A DNA stretch of 63,573 bases, counting the filler, from Actinomycetota bacterium (GTDB lineage: Bacteria > Actinomycetota > CADDZG01 > JAHWKV01 > JAOPZY01), in the NCBI GenBank assembly GCA_025963875.1. It is 5 parts of 5 records of this genome, joined end to end, with 100 filler letters (N's around TTAATTAATTAA, not from the genome) between each part and the next. Parts side by side here need not be neighbours in the genome. Positions count along the whole stretch, not along the records: positions 33,854 to 42,775 come from JAOPZY010000170.1; positions 42,876 to 53,543 come from JAOPZY010000241.1; 3 more parts are not named here. One strand, given 5' to 3'. The notes beneath the pieces were generated by a model. That model saw only the letters and a list, made by a program, of their open reading frames with translations. It searched no databases and was not told the origin of the DNA. Position 1 is the first letter of the stretch. Each line of letters starts with the position of its first letter. A program made the translations under genes and the position numbers. This document shows positions 41,325-50,067 of this stretch, piece by piece.

Positions 41325-42104
41325 ATGAGCTCACGACTCCAGGGCAAGGGCGCGCTCGTTACGGGCGCTACCAGCAACATCGGACGCGCCATCGCCGCCG
41401 CGTTCGCCGCCGAGGGCGCGCACGTCGTCGTCAGCGGCCGAAACCAAGACCGTGGCACCGCGGTTGTGGACGAGATCCGTGCTGCGGGGGGACGGGCCGA
41501 TTTCGTCGCGGCGGACCTCGACGGCTCTCCGGAGGTCTCCAACGCCCTCGCGGCGGAGGCCACCCGCGTGCTGGGCGGCCGCATCGACGTGCTCGTCAAC
41601 AGTGCCGGCATCTTCCCCGGTCCGACCACCGCCGCCACCGACGAGGCGACCTTCGACGAGGTCTACGCCGTCAACGTCAAGGCGCCGTTCTTTCTCACCG
41701 CCGCGATCGCTCCGGCGATGGCCGAGCGCGGCAGCGGAGCGATCATCAACCTCGGCTCCTGGATCGCCCGGCTCGGCATCCCGATCGGCTCGCTCTACAG
41801 CTCCACGAAGGGCGCGATCGAGACCCTGACAAGGGCGTGGTCCGCGGAGTTCGGTCCCGCCGGCGTGCGGGTCAACGCGATCTCACCGGGTGTGGTCCGA
41901 ACCCCCGCACCGAGCGAATCCCAGACCTCCGAAAAGCATCCGGCCGAGGTCATGATGCGCGGCACGCCCGCAGGCGGCAGTGGAACGGCCGACGCCATCG
42001 CGCATGCAGCTGTCTACCTCGCCAGCGACGAAGCCGCGTTCGTGCATGGCACCGTGATCGATGTCGATGGTGGTCGCGTGGGGGTCGCCGTCATCGCCGC
42101 CTGA
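41325..42104 (+). CDS. SDR oxidoreductase
   Basis: TGATSNIG, VNSAG, YSSTK, RVNAISPG, VDGG. Confidence 0.92.
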   Translation: MSSRLQGKGALVTGATSNIGRAIAAAFAAEGAHVVVSGRNQDRGTAVVDEIRAAGGRADFVAADLDGSPEVSNALAAEATRVLGGRIDVLVNSAGIFPGPTTAATDEATFDEVYAVNVKAPFFLTAAIAPAMAERGSGAIINLGSWIARLGIPIGSLYSSTKGAIETLTRAWSAEFGPAGVRVNAISPGVVRTPAPSESQTSEKHPAEVMMRGTPAGGSGTADAIAHAAVYLASDEAAFVHGTVIDVDGGRVGVAVIAA

Positions 42105-42144
42105 ACCCGCCTCAGGCTCCGGATGCCGAAGGACGACACCGTGT

Positions 42145-42531
42145 CTACTCTTCGGGCTCCGCCGGCACGTCGTCGATGGTCTTCTCACCGTAGGTGAAAG
42201 ATCCTGTCCCGTGCCATTTCGGATCCAGATTCAATACCGAGTTGAAGTCGGCCAGGTAAGAGCCGATAGCGGGAGGAGGAAACGAAACAAGATACTTGCC
42301 GGAGAGGGAAACGATCATGCTGTCTTGACCAAGGCCGAGGTGACGGATCTGGCCGGTCATATTCGGGATGTCGATCTCTCCGTTCGGGGGAGCGATAGCT
42401 TGGGTAACCTGCGCCTGCCCGTTGACGACGCCAGTGGACGAGTTCACAACACAGGCCAAATGGAGCATGGGCGCCCCCGGCATGCCCTCATTGCCGACGA
42501 GTTCCTTTACGTAATACAAGTCCACCGCCAT
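42145..42531 (-). CDS. DUF1842-like protein
   Basis: PGAPMLHLACVV...VNGQAQVTQAIAPP...W.GTGSFTY; AGGAG RBS; family assignment from memory. Confidence 0.65.
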   Translation of the reverse strand: MAVDLYYVKELVGNEGMPGAPMLHLACVVNSSTGVVNGQAQVTQAIAPPNGEIDIPNMTGQIRHLGLGQDSMIVSLSGKYLVSFPPPAIGSYLADFNSVLNLDPKWHGTGSFTYGEKTIDDVPAEPEE

Positions 42532-42775
42532 GAGGTTATTCTCCTTGGATTAGGGGGTTGTCGGCGCTCTCTTCCGCACTGAGTCACCGTGCCCTCAAAC
42601 ACCGGACCAGTCGAGGCGACGGGAGGAATAACCCGCTTTCGATTGCAAAGGTAGATCGATCGAGTGGGGAAGTCAATACCTTCATAGCGATTCGCGATGA
42701 TCTGTCCCACTAGACCGGATTATCCTGAATCATGAATTCTTCCCGCGCCCAAGGTTGTTGACGTCGCCCAGCGGG

Positions 42776-42875
42776 NNNNNNNNNNNNNNNNNNNNNNNNN
42801 NNNNNNNNNNNNNNNNNNNTTAATTAATTAANNNNNNNNNNNNNNNNNNNNNNNNNNNNNNNNNNNNNNNNNNNN
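42776..42875. other. Artificial contig spacer
   Basis: N-run with TTAATTAATTAA. Confidence 0.99.
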
Positions 42876-42877
42876 TG

Positions 42878-42988
42878 GCCGAGGCGGGCGTGCTGCGAGC
42901 CGTCGCCGGGCGTCCGAGCGGCCATACCGCGCTCCGCCAGCGGGAGCAGGAGCTGGTGACCTTCGTCCGCCACGCCTTAGAGCCATAA
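42878..42988 (+). CDS. 3' end of an unidentified gene
   Basis: Open frame from the contig edge: AEAGVLRAVAGRPSGHTALRQREQELVTFVRHALEP*. Confidence 0.4.
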   Translation, partial: AEAGVLRAVAGRPSGHTALRQREQELVTFVRHALEP

Positions 42989-43042
42989 CGGGAGGGCCTT
43001 CCAAAAGTCTCAGGCCATGCTGGGCCACGCTCAGTGGCCGGC

Positions 43043-43069
43043 TTCAGCCGGGTGGACGGCTGCCGACAG
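43043..43069 (+). promoter_or_regulatory. Sigma28 (FliA/WhiG)-like promoter P1
   Basis: TTCA-N15-GCCGACAG. Confidence 0.5.
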
Positions 43070-43120
43070 GAAGATTCTCACGCTGAGTGACGGATTCATC
43101 CAGATACTTCGACGGAACCG

Positions 43121-43147
43121 TTAAGTCCATCCGGCCGGAGCCGACCT
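43121..43147 (+). promoter_or_regulatory. Sigma28 (FliA/WhiG)-like promoter P2
   Basis: TTAA-N15-GCCGACCT; near-identical architecture at 49970. Confidence 0.7.
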
Positions 43148-43195
43148 CGACTCAACACAACGATCCAACACAATCGAATCACGGATGGAATTTCG

Positions 43196-43238
43196 ACGAG
43201 GGAAGGAGCCCTGGCTCTCTTCCCTCGTTTCTTTTTTT
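43196..43238 (+). terminator. Intrinsic terminator just upstream of the flgB RBS
   Basis: Stem ACGAGGGAAG/CTTCCCTCGT with inner GAGC/GCTC, followed by TTCTTTTTTT. Confidence 0.85.
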
Positions 43239-43255
43239 GCAAGAGGAGGCATCAG

Positions 43256-43612
43256 TTGGACGGTATCGCCGACGTGACGATGCAGACCACCCAGTACGCC
43301 CTCAGCGGGCTCGCCCAGCGTGCGAACGCCCGGGCAAACAACATCGCCAACGTGAACACGCCTCAGTTCCGTGCGAAGGGTGTCTCGTTCGAATCGGCCC
43401 TGACAACGGCCCTGGGCAAGGGAGGCGTGCCGGACACCTCGCAGATCTCGACCTTCGACAAGGGCGGGGCCGCCAACCAGCAGGGCAACGACGTGTCGCT
43501 GGAGACCGAGATGTCCGATAGCATCAAGGACAGCCTGACCTACGAGTCGATGGTCAACGGGTTCAACTACAAGGTCAGCGTCCTGCGCCAGGCGATCGGC
43601 GGCAAGCCGTGA
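43256..43612 (+). CDS. flgB: Flagellar basal-body rod protein FlgB
   Basis: ANNIANVNTPQFRAKGVSFE, GNDVSLETEM; GAGGAGG RBS. Confidence 0.92.
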   Translation: MDGIADVTMQTTQYALSGLAQRANARANNIANVNTPQFRAKGVSFESALTTALGKGGVPDTSQISTFDKGGAANQQGNDVSLETEMSDSIKDSLTYESMVNGFNYKVSVLRQAIGGKP

Positions 43613-44022
43613 GCGTCGGTTTCGACACCTTCGACGTGGGCCGATCGGGGCTCACGCTCTCCAAGACCTGGCTCGACACGATCGCCAACAACATTGCCAA
43701 CGTCAACACCGTCCATCCCGCCGGCCAGCAGCCCTTCCGGGCCTCCTACCTCGTGGCCCAGGAGATCGGGCCGGCTCTGCCGGGCCAGAGCGGGCAGGGG
43801 GTCCGCGCGATTGGGCAGGTGGACGACGGGTCGCCGCCGGCCGTGGTTTCCGCACCGGGCAACCCCCTGGCTGACGCCAACGGCAACCTGACGCAGCCCG
43901 TCGTCGACCTCGGTGTCGAGATGACCAACATGATCATGGCCAACCGCTCGTTCCAGGCGAACGGGCGCACGATCGAGACGGCGCGCGACATGTACACGGC
44001 CGCGTTGCGGATCGGAAGGTGA
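43609..44022 (+). CDS. flgC: Flagellar basal-body rod protein FlgC
   Basis: WLDTIANNIANVNT, PGNPLADANG, VDLGVEMTNMIMANRSFQAN. Confidence 0.93.
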   Translation: MSVGFDTFDVGRSGLTLSKTWLDTIANNIANVNTVHPAGQQPFRASYLVAQEIGPALPGQSGQGVRAIGQVDDGSPPAVVSAPGNPLADANGNLTQPVVDLGVEMTNMIMANRSFQANGRTIETARDMYTAALRIGR

Positions 44023-44026
44023 GCTG

Positions 44027-44341
44027 ATGCAGATCCCACCGCTCGGCGCTGTCGCTCCCGTCCGTTCCCCGTTCCGCGCCAGCGGGGCCTCGTCGCCCCT
44101 GGGCGCCGGCGGTGCCCAGGGCTCCAGCTTCGGCGACATGATCACCAAGGGCCTCCAGTCGGTATCCGCCAGCGAGAACAACGCCGACTCGATGGTGCAG
44201 GGCCTGGCCGCCGGCAAGCCGATCCAGGCCGCCGACGTGATGATCGCCACCTCCAAGGCCGGGCTGTCGGTGCAGATGCTCGTCGCCGTCCGGGACCAGG
44301 CGCTCGGCGCCTACAAAGAGATCATGAACATGCAGGTGTGA
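44027..44341 (+). CDS. fliE: Flagellar hook-basal body protein FliE
   Basis: DVMIATSKAGLSVQMLVAVRDQALGAYKEIMNMQV. Confidence 0.93.
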   Translation: MQIPPLGAVAPVRSPFRASGASSPLGAGGAQGSSFGDMITKGLQSVSASENNADSMVQGLAAGKPIQAADVMIATSKAGLSVQMLVAVRDQALGAYKEIMNMQV

Positions 44342-45657
44342 TGGTGGGGACCCTGCTTGCGGACACTTTGCTCACGTCGCTCGCCTCGATGCCGCGCTAC
44401 CGCGCCTACGGCAGCGTCGCCCGGGTCGTCGGCAACGAGGTCGAGATCCGGGGCCTCGCGGTCCGGGTCGGCGACGTCGTCAGCCTCTCCTGCCCCTCCG
44501 GGACACGCCTCGGCGAGATCGTGGCGCTCAGTGCGGAGGGGGCTCGTGCCCTCCTGCTCGGCGACATCGCCGGGATCGGCCGCGGTGACCGGGTGCGGTT
44601 GCGGCCCGACGGGCTCAGCGTCGTCGTCTCGGACGACCTGCTCGGGCGTGTGCTCGATGGGACTGGCGCCCCGCTCGACGGCCGCCCGGCGCCGTCCGGC
44701 ACACCCGTGCGCGTCGAGGCAGCAGTGCCACCGGCCATGGAGCGGCGCCGCATCAACGAGGCGCTGCCGGTCGGCGTCAGGATGATCGACTCTCTCTGCA
44801 CCATCGCCCGCGGCCAGCGGGTCGGCATCTTCGGGGGCTCGGGCGTCGGCAAGTCCACCCTCCTCGGCATGATGGCCCGCGGCACCGCCGCGGATGTCAC
44901 GGTGATGGGCCTCGTCGGCGAGCGAGGCCGGGAGGTCCGCGAGTTCATCGAGGACGACCTGGGCCCGGAGGCCATGAAGCACTCTGTGGTCGTCGCCGCC
45001 ACCTCGGACCAGCCGCCGCTGGTGCGACTCCGTGGGGCCTTCGTCGCTACACGGATCGCCGAGTACTTCGCCGACCGCGGGCTGGACGTGCTGCTCGTGG
45101 TCGACTCGCTCACCCGCCTGGCGATGGCCCAGCGTGAGGTCGGGCTGGCGGCCGGAGAGCCGCCGACGGCCCGCGGCTACACGCCCTCGGTCTTCTCGCT
45201 CCTCCCGCGACTGCTCGAGCGCGCCGGTCCCCGCCCGCTGGGGACCATCACCGCGGTCTACACGGTCCTCGTCGAGGGAGACGACATGAACGAACCCATC
45301 GCCGACGCCGCACGATCGATCCTCGACGGCCACCTCGTGCTCTCACGCCGGCTTGCCGACCACGGCCACTTCCCGGCCCTCGACCCGCTGGGGTCGCTCA
45401 GCCGGCTGGCGCCGCGGGTGACGAGCCCCGACCATCGGGCGAACGCCGGTGCCCTCCGGCGCGCCATCGCCGCGGCCGCAGAAGTCCGGGACCTCGTGGA
45501 GGTGGGGGCCTACGTCCCCGGGACCAACCGGATGGCCGACCTCGGACTCGCCGCCGCCGACGACATCAATGCCTTCCTGCAGCAGGACATGTTCGACAGC
45601 GCCCCCTTTGACGACACCACCCGCCGCCTCGCGCAGCTCGCGGAGCGGTTGGTATGA
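44338..45657 (+). CDS. fliI: Flagellar export ATPase FliI
   Basis: GQRVGIFGGSGVGKSTLL, GERGREVREF, DSLTRLAMAQRE, VLVEGDDMNEPIAD. Confidence 0.96.
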   Translation: MMVGTLLADTLLTSLASMPRYRAYGSVARVVGNEVEIRGLAVRVGDVVSLSCPSGTRLGEIVALSAEGARALLLGDIAGIGRGDRVRLRPDGLSVVVSDDLLGRVLDGTGAPLDGRPAPSGTPVRVEAAVPPAMERRRINEALPVGVRMIDSLCTIARGQRVGIFGGSGVGKSTLLGMMARGTAADVTVMGLVGERGREVREFIEDDLGPEAMKHSVVVAATSDQPPLVRLRGAFVATRIAEYFADRGLDVLLVVDSLTRLAMAQREVGLAAGEPPTARGYTPSVFSLLPRLLERAGPRPLGTITAVYTVLVEGDDMNEPIADAARSILDGHLVLSRRLADHGHFPALDPLGSLSRLAPRVTSPDHRANAGALRRAIAAAAEVRDLVEVGAYVPGTNRMADLGLAAADDINAFLQQDMFDSAPFDDTTRRLAQLAERLV

Positions 45658-46085
45658 GCGCCCGCAACCCGCTCCGGCGCCTCCTTCGCCTCCGGCAGAT
45701 CCGTGAGGACCAGGCGCGCGCCGCGCTGGCGGGAGCCTCCCGGGTCTCCGGAGCTGCCGCCGAACTGCTGGAGGTCCGCACCGAGGAGTACGAGTCGCGC
45801 CCGGGCCTGCCCGAGATGCTCAGCCCCGCCGAGCTGCGGGGCCTGATGTTGCAGGGTGTCCGTTCGCACGAGCTCATGAGCGCCGCCGCCGAGGTCTACG
45901 ACCGAGCCCTCGGCCAGACCGAGGTGGCCCGGCGGGGATGGTCGGCCGCGTCCTCCGAGCTCCGCAGCGCCGAGAAGCTCGACCAGCGCAGGCGCCGGGA
46001 GGCGGATCGCACGGCCCAGGCCGCAGCCGAGCGGGCGCTCGACGAGCTGGTGCTCACCCTGAGGAATCTCCGGCGATGGATCTGA
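45654..46085 (+). CDS. fliJ: Flagellar export chaperone FliJ-like
   Basis: Coiled-coil LRRLLRLRQIREDQA...ALDE directly after fliI. Confidence 0.75.
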   Translation: MSARNPLRRLLRLRQIREDQARAALAGASRVSGAAAELLEVRTEEYESRPGLPEMLSPAELRGLMLQGVRSHELMSAAAEVYDRALGQTEVARRGWSAASSELRSAEKLDQRRRREADRTAQAAAERALDELVLTLRNLRRWI

Positions 46086-46780
46086 CCGCGGTGGCGGACG
46101 CGTCCGCACGAGTTTCTGAGATCAGCCAGCGGGTGGCGTCGCCCTGGTCGTTCGCCTCGGTGCTGAGCCAGGTGTCGCAGGGAGCACCCCTGGACGGGGT
46201 CCAGGCGCAGCCCGACGCCGCCGCCCCCACCTCGGCGGGCAACGATCTCACGTCCTACCTCTTCGGCCAGCGGGTAGGCGCCAGCGCTGCCGGAGGCACG
46301 ACCCGTGGCACGTACGGTGCCGCATCCGTTACGTCGTCCGCCACCGGCAGGACGGCCGCACCGGCCGGCTGGGCCGACGCCCTTCCCGCAGCCGGCCAAC
46401 CGTACGCCGGTGCCATCGATGCCGCAGCCACGAAGGCGGGCATCGACCCCCGGCTGCTCGCCGCCATCACCCAGGCCGAGTCGGGTTTCAACCCCAATGC
46501 CCTCTCCAGTGCCGGGGCGATCGGCCTCACCCAGCTCATGCCGGGCACGGCAGCGGGCCTGGGTGTCAACCCGACCGATCCTGCCGCCAACCTCGACGGG
46601 GGCGCCCGCTACATCGCGGGACAGCTCGACAGCTTCGGCCGCGTCGACCTCGCCCTGGCCGCCTACAACGCCGGCCCTGGAGCAGTCCGCCAGGCCGGTG
46701 GGGTGCCCGATTACCCCGAGACGCAGGCGTACGTCCGCCGCGTCCTTGGCTACTACCAGCAACTTGGAGGAACCCTGTGA
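46076..46780 (+). CDS. Lytic transglycosylase (SLT domain)
   Basis: QAESGFNPNALSSAGAIGLTQLMP, ALAAYNAGPG, ETQAYV. Confidence 0.92.
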   Translation: MDLTAVADASARVSEISQRVASPWSFASVLSQVSQGAPLDGVQAQPDAAAPTSAGNDLTSYLFGQRVGASAAGGTTRGTYGAASVTSSATGRTAAPAGWADALPAAGQPYAGAIDAAATKAGIDPRLLAAITQAESGFNPNALSSAGAIGLTQLMPGTAAGLGVNPTDPAANLDGGARYIAGQLDSFGRVDLALAAYNAGPGAVRQAGGVPDYPETQAYVRRVLGYYQQLGGTL

Positions 46781-48210
46781 GCCTGACCCTCTGCCCGCTT
46801 CCCGCCGCCCCGACCATCCCCGGCGCTCCCCACGCCGCGGCGGCGCCCACCGGTGGCGTCGTGCCCGCCGTGCCCGGACTGGGCACGCCGCTCGTAGCTG
46901 CGACCGAACCGGCGCTGGGTGCCGCAGGGGTGTTCCAGGCGGCGCTGGCCGTGGCGCTGGGGTTGTCCACACCCGGCGTGCCGGTGCCCACCGTGCCCGT
47001 ATCCGGCGTGCCGGTTCCAGGCCTCGTGCCAGGCGTGCCGGTCCCAGGCGTTGCTGTCCCAGGCGTTGCTGTCCCGGTCGTTGCTGTCTCGGTCGCGCCG
47101 GGTGTCCCGGTCGTCCCGGTCCCCGGCGTTGCCGTCCCGGTATTGCCGGTCCCGGTCGTTGCCGTCCCGGTATTGCCGGTCCCGGTTGTACCGGTCCCCG
47201 GCGTTGCCGTCTCGGTCGCGCCGGGCGTCCCGGGCGTCCCGGTCCCCGGCGTTGCCGTCCCGGTATTGCCGGCCCCGGTCGCTCCGGTCCCGGTCGTTGC
47301 CGTTCCGGGCGCCCCCGTGCCCGGTGCCCAGGACCCCGAGGCAGCGGTAACAACGGCACCGCAGGGCGCCGGCCCCAAGGCTCCCAAGGGCCCGAAGGAT
47401 TCCGTTGCAAAGCATCCCGCCGCGGCGGCTGCGGTGACCGCACCGCTCACCGGAGCCGTCCCAGGGAACCCCACCGCGACCCTACCGACGACCCCCGGGC
47501 CAACGTCGAGCGCCACTGGCCCGGCCACGGCCCCCATCGCCGCTGCAGACCCCGGCAAGGGCGCGGCTCCGGCCGCCTCGCCGGCCACGGTCCCCCCGGT
47601 GGTCTCGAAGGGACACCCCCAGGCGTCCACGCCGGGATCGGTGCCGGCGGCCACCGGAGCGTCCGCCGAGGTGCCCGCAGCGTCGGATGAGAAAGCCCCC
47701 GTCCGGGCGGCCGGCGGCCCTGCTCCGGCGAAGGCAGGCCCCGAGCGGACCGATGCGGGGTCTCCGCCCGCCGGCTCCGTCCAGGTGCACACGCCCGGCA
47801 CGACCACCGCGAACACCGCCCCCACCGCTTCCGCCGACCCTGGCCCAAGCGCTCTCGCCCGCCGGGTCATGGAGGCGGTCGCCCAGGTGCGCGACGCTCC
47901 TCCGCCCAACCACATCGTCGTGGACGTGCCCGAGCTCGACGGCATGCGGATGCGGGTCTCGCTCTCGGGATCCACCGTCCACCTCGCCTTCATCGGCGAG
48001 TCCCGCAACCCCGCACAGGGCCGGGGGGTCGGCACGCTCATCCAGGACGTGGCCAGCGGGTTGTCGGATAAAGGGTTGCAGCTCGGCGACGTCTCGACGG
48101 GCGACCGGCAGGCCACCGGGGACCAGAGCCGGGAACCGGCTACCTGGAGGCAGCCGGGCGGTGTCCCCGCCAGCCGCGCCCGATCCCGTCCCGCGGGTCT
48201 CAGGATCTAA
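46777..48210 (+). CDS. fliK: Flagellar hook-length control protein FliK-like
   Basis: Position between SLT and flgD; long low-complexity region followed by a compact C-domain (IVVDVPELDGMRMRVSL...GLQLGDVS); GGAGG RBS and GTGA overlap. Confidence 0.6.
   Translation: MSLTLCPLPAAPTIPGAPHAAAAPTGGVVPAVPGLGTPLVAATEPALGAAGVFQAALAVALGLSTPGVPVPTVPVSGVPVPGLVPGVPVPGVAVPGVAVPVVAVSVAPGVPVVPVPGVAVPVLPVPVVAVPVLPVPVVPVPGVAVSVAPGVPGVPVPGVAVPVLPAPVAPVPVVAVPGAPVPGAQDPEAAVTTAPQGAGPKAPKGPKDSVAKHPAAAAAVTAPLTGAVPGNPTATLPTTPGPTSSATGPATAPIAAADPGKGAAPAASPATVPPVVSKGHPQASTPGSVPAATGASAEVPAASDEKAPVRAAGGPAPAKAGPERTDAGSPPAGSVQVHTPGTTTANTAPTASADPGPSALARRVMEAVAQVRDAPPPNHIVVDVPELDGMRMRVSLSGSTVHLAFIGESRNPAQGRGVGTLIQDVASGLSDKGLQLGDVSTGDRQATGDQSREPATWRQPGGVPASRARSRPAGLRI
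46975..47330 (+). repeat. Degenerate 15-bp (pentapeptide) tandem repeat in fliK
   Basis: Units VPGVP, VPGVA, VPVVA, VPVLP, VSVAP. Confidence 0.85.
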
Positions 48211-48236
48211 CCAATCTCCGGAAAGGAGGTGCAGCA

Positions 48237-48656
48237 ATGATCGGACCAGTCAGTGGGAGCTCGCCGAGCGCCCAGCCGACAACGGGCATCGGGGGAATGG
48301 ACGGCAACTCGTTCCTCAACCTGATGATCGCCCAACTCAAGTACCAGAACCCCTTCCAGCCCATGGATGCCTCGGCCATGATGCAGCAGACCTCGTCCCT
48401 CACCAGCGTGCAGACGCTCCAGGGCCTGTCCGCCCTCCAGAAGGAGATCCTCGGCATGCAGGAGGCGTCGACGGCCACCGGCTTCATCGGCAAGCAGGTG
48501 ACGGCGACCGATGCCACCGGCGCCACCCTGTCGGGCGTCGTCAGCGGCGTCACCTACACCGCGACGGGACCCCTGCTGAAGGTAGCGGGGAGCGACGTCC
48601 CGATTGCAGACATCTCGCAGGCATCGAACGCGCCCGGGAACGGAACCCTGGCCTAA
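48237..48656 (+). CDS. flgD: Flagellar hook capping protein FlgD
   Basis: FLNLMIAQLKYQNPFQPMD, FIGKQVT. Confidence 0.93.
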   Translation: MIGPVSGSSPSAQPTTGIGGMDGNSFLNLMIAQLKYQNPFQPMDASAMMQQTSSLTSVQTLQGLSALQKEILGMQEASTATGFIGKQVTATDATGATLSGVVSGVTYTATGPLLKVAGSDVPIADISQASNAPGNGTLA

Positions 48657-48694
48657 CCCCTCACGGAAGAGATTCAAAGCTAGGAGCTTCAAAG

Positions 48695-49903
48695 ATGATG
48701 CGCTCAATGTTTTCCGGTGTCGCGGGGCTGCGTTCCCACCAGACGATGATGGACGTGGTCGGCAACAACATCGCCAACGTCAACACGGCCGGGTACAAGG
48801 CCTCGGAGGTCACCTTCCAGGAGGCCCTCACGCAGGTGCTCCGTGGCCCGGCGGCAGGCATCAACCCGCTGCAGCTCGGCCTCGGCGTGAAGGTGGCCGC
48901 CATCGACCCCATCTTCACCCAGGGCGCCAGCCAGGTGACGGGGCGTGCCACCGACCTGGCCATCCAAGGCGATGGCTTCTTCGTCGTCCAGCATGGGACT
49001 GCCCAGATCTACACCCGGGCCGGCGCCTTCAGCTTCGACAACGGGGGAAGCCTCGTGACGTCGGACGGCTCCAAGGTCATGGGCTGGGTGGCGGACGCCA
49101 CCGGCAAGGTGGACACGAACACCGCCCTCGCCCCGGTCTCCGTCCCAACCGGCCAGGTGCTTCCGTCCAAGACCACGTCCACCGTCGAGATCGGCGGTAA
49201 CCTCGCGGCGGACGTGGCGGTCGGGACGACGGTGAACAAGTCGATCAGCGTCTACGACTCCATCGGCAAAGTGCACACGCTCGCCGTCGCGTTCACCAAG
49301 ACGGCGGACAACGCCTGGAGTGCCGCGGCCACGCTGGACGGCTCCGCCACGACGTTGACCCCGGCGAGCCTCACGTTCGGGACGAACGGCCTGCTCACCT
49401 CCGCCGGAACCCTGGCGGTGTCGGGATTCACGCCACCCGGTGCCGACCCCATGGCCTTCAACGTCAGCCTCGCGGGAGCTACCCCGCTGGTGCAGTACGG
49501 CGGCGGTTCCACCATCCAGATCATCAGCCAGGACGGCATGCCCATCGGCAACCTCCAGGGAGTCAAGGTGTCCGATGACGGCACCATCACCGGCCAGTTC
49601 TCCAACGGCCTGACCTCCGTGCTGGGACAGATCGCCACGGCGACGTTCGCCAACCCGGCTGGGCTGGTGCGGATCGGCAACTCGGAGTTCACCTCCTCGG
49701 TCGGCTCGGGGCTGGCGCTGACCGGCACGCCCGGGAGCGGGAACCGTGGGGCGCTGTCCGCAGGCGCCCTCGAGATGTCCAACGTGGACCTCGCTCAGGA
49801 GTTCACGAACATGATCATCGCCCAGCGTGGCTTCCAGGCCAACTCACGCGTGATCACCGTCTCGGACGAGATGCTGAACGACCTCGTGAGCCTCAAGCGG
49901 TAG
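48695..49903 (+). CDS. flgE: Flagellar hook protein FlgE
   Basis: MMRSMFSGVAGL...GNNIANVNTAGYK, DLAIQGDGFF, YTRAG, LEMSNVDLAQEFTNMIIAQRGFQAN. Confidence 0.96.
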   Translation: MMRSMFSGVAGLRSHQTMMDVVGNNIANVNTAGYKASEVTFQEALTQVLRGPAAGINPLQLGLGVKVAAIDPIFTQGASQVTGRATDLAIQGDGFFVVQHGTAQIYTRAGAFSFDNGGSLVTSDGSKVMGWVADATGKVDTNTALAPVSVPTGQVLPSKTTSTVEIGGNLAADVAVGTTVNKSISVYDSIGKVHTLAVAFTKTADNAWSAAATLDGSATTLTPASLTFGTNGLLTSAGTLAVSGFTPPGADPMAFNVSLAGATPLVQYGGGSTIQIISQDGMPIGNLQGVKVSDDGTITGQFSNGLTSVLGQIATATFANPAGLVRIGNSEFTSSVGSGLALTGTPGSGNRGALSAGALEMSNVDLAQEFTNMIIAQRGFQANSRVITVSDEMLNDLVSLKR

Positions 49904-49921
49904 CAGCTCGATCTTCTGACA

Positions 49922-49952
49922 CCGGAGGGGCCGCGGGGCCGGGCCCCTCCGG
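49922..49952 (+). terminator. GC-rich hairpin after flgE
   Basis: CCGGAGGGGCC...GGCCCCTCCGG without a U tail. Confidence 0.5.
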
Positions 49953-49969
49953 CCGGGTCCGGTGTGCTC

Positions 49970-49996
49970 TTAAGTCAGGGGCCGTTCGTCCGACCT
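49970..49996 (+). promoter_or_regulatory. Sigma28-like promoter for flbD-motAB
   Basis: TTAA-N15-TCCGACCT; shares TTAAGTC and CCGACCT with 43121-43147. Confidence 0.7.
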
Positions 49997-50007
49997 TGCT
50001 AATCAAC

Positions 50008-50063
50008 GAGCGGCACGGAAGCTGCTCTGCCCAGCCAGACCAACAAACCGCACAAGGAGGTGC
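50008..50063 (+). promoter_or_regulatory. Two CsrA-type GGA-loop hairpins, the second over the RBS
   Basis: GAGCGGC-ACGGAA-GCTGCTC and GCAC-AAGGAG-GTGC. Confidence 0.65.
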
Positions 50064-50067
50064 TCGC

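Larger units (their letters stand above)
43075..43238 (+). ncRNA. Putative GGA-rich small RNA or attenuating leader upstream of flgB
   Basis: Lies behind sigma28-like promoters, has six ANGGA motifs, ends in an intrinsic terminator; 5' end inferred. Confidence 0.45.

Noticed and set aside
46566..48116. Thr/Gly-rich antisense ORF over fliK
   Set aside because: Mirror of the sense-strand repeat; the sense ORF has an RBS, start/stop coupling and the expected operon position.
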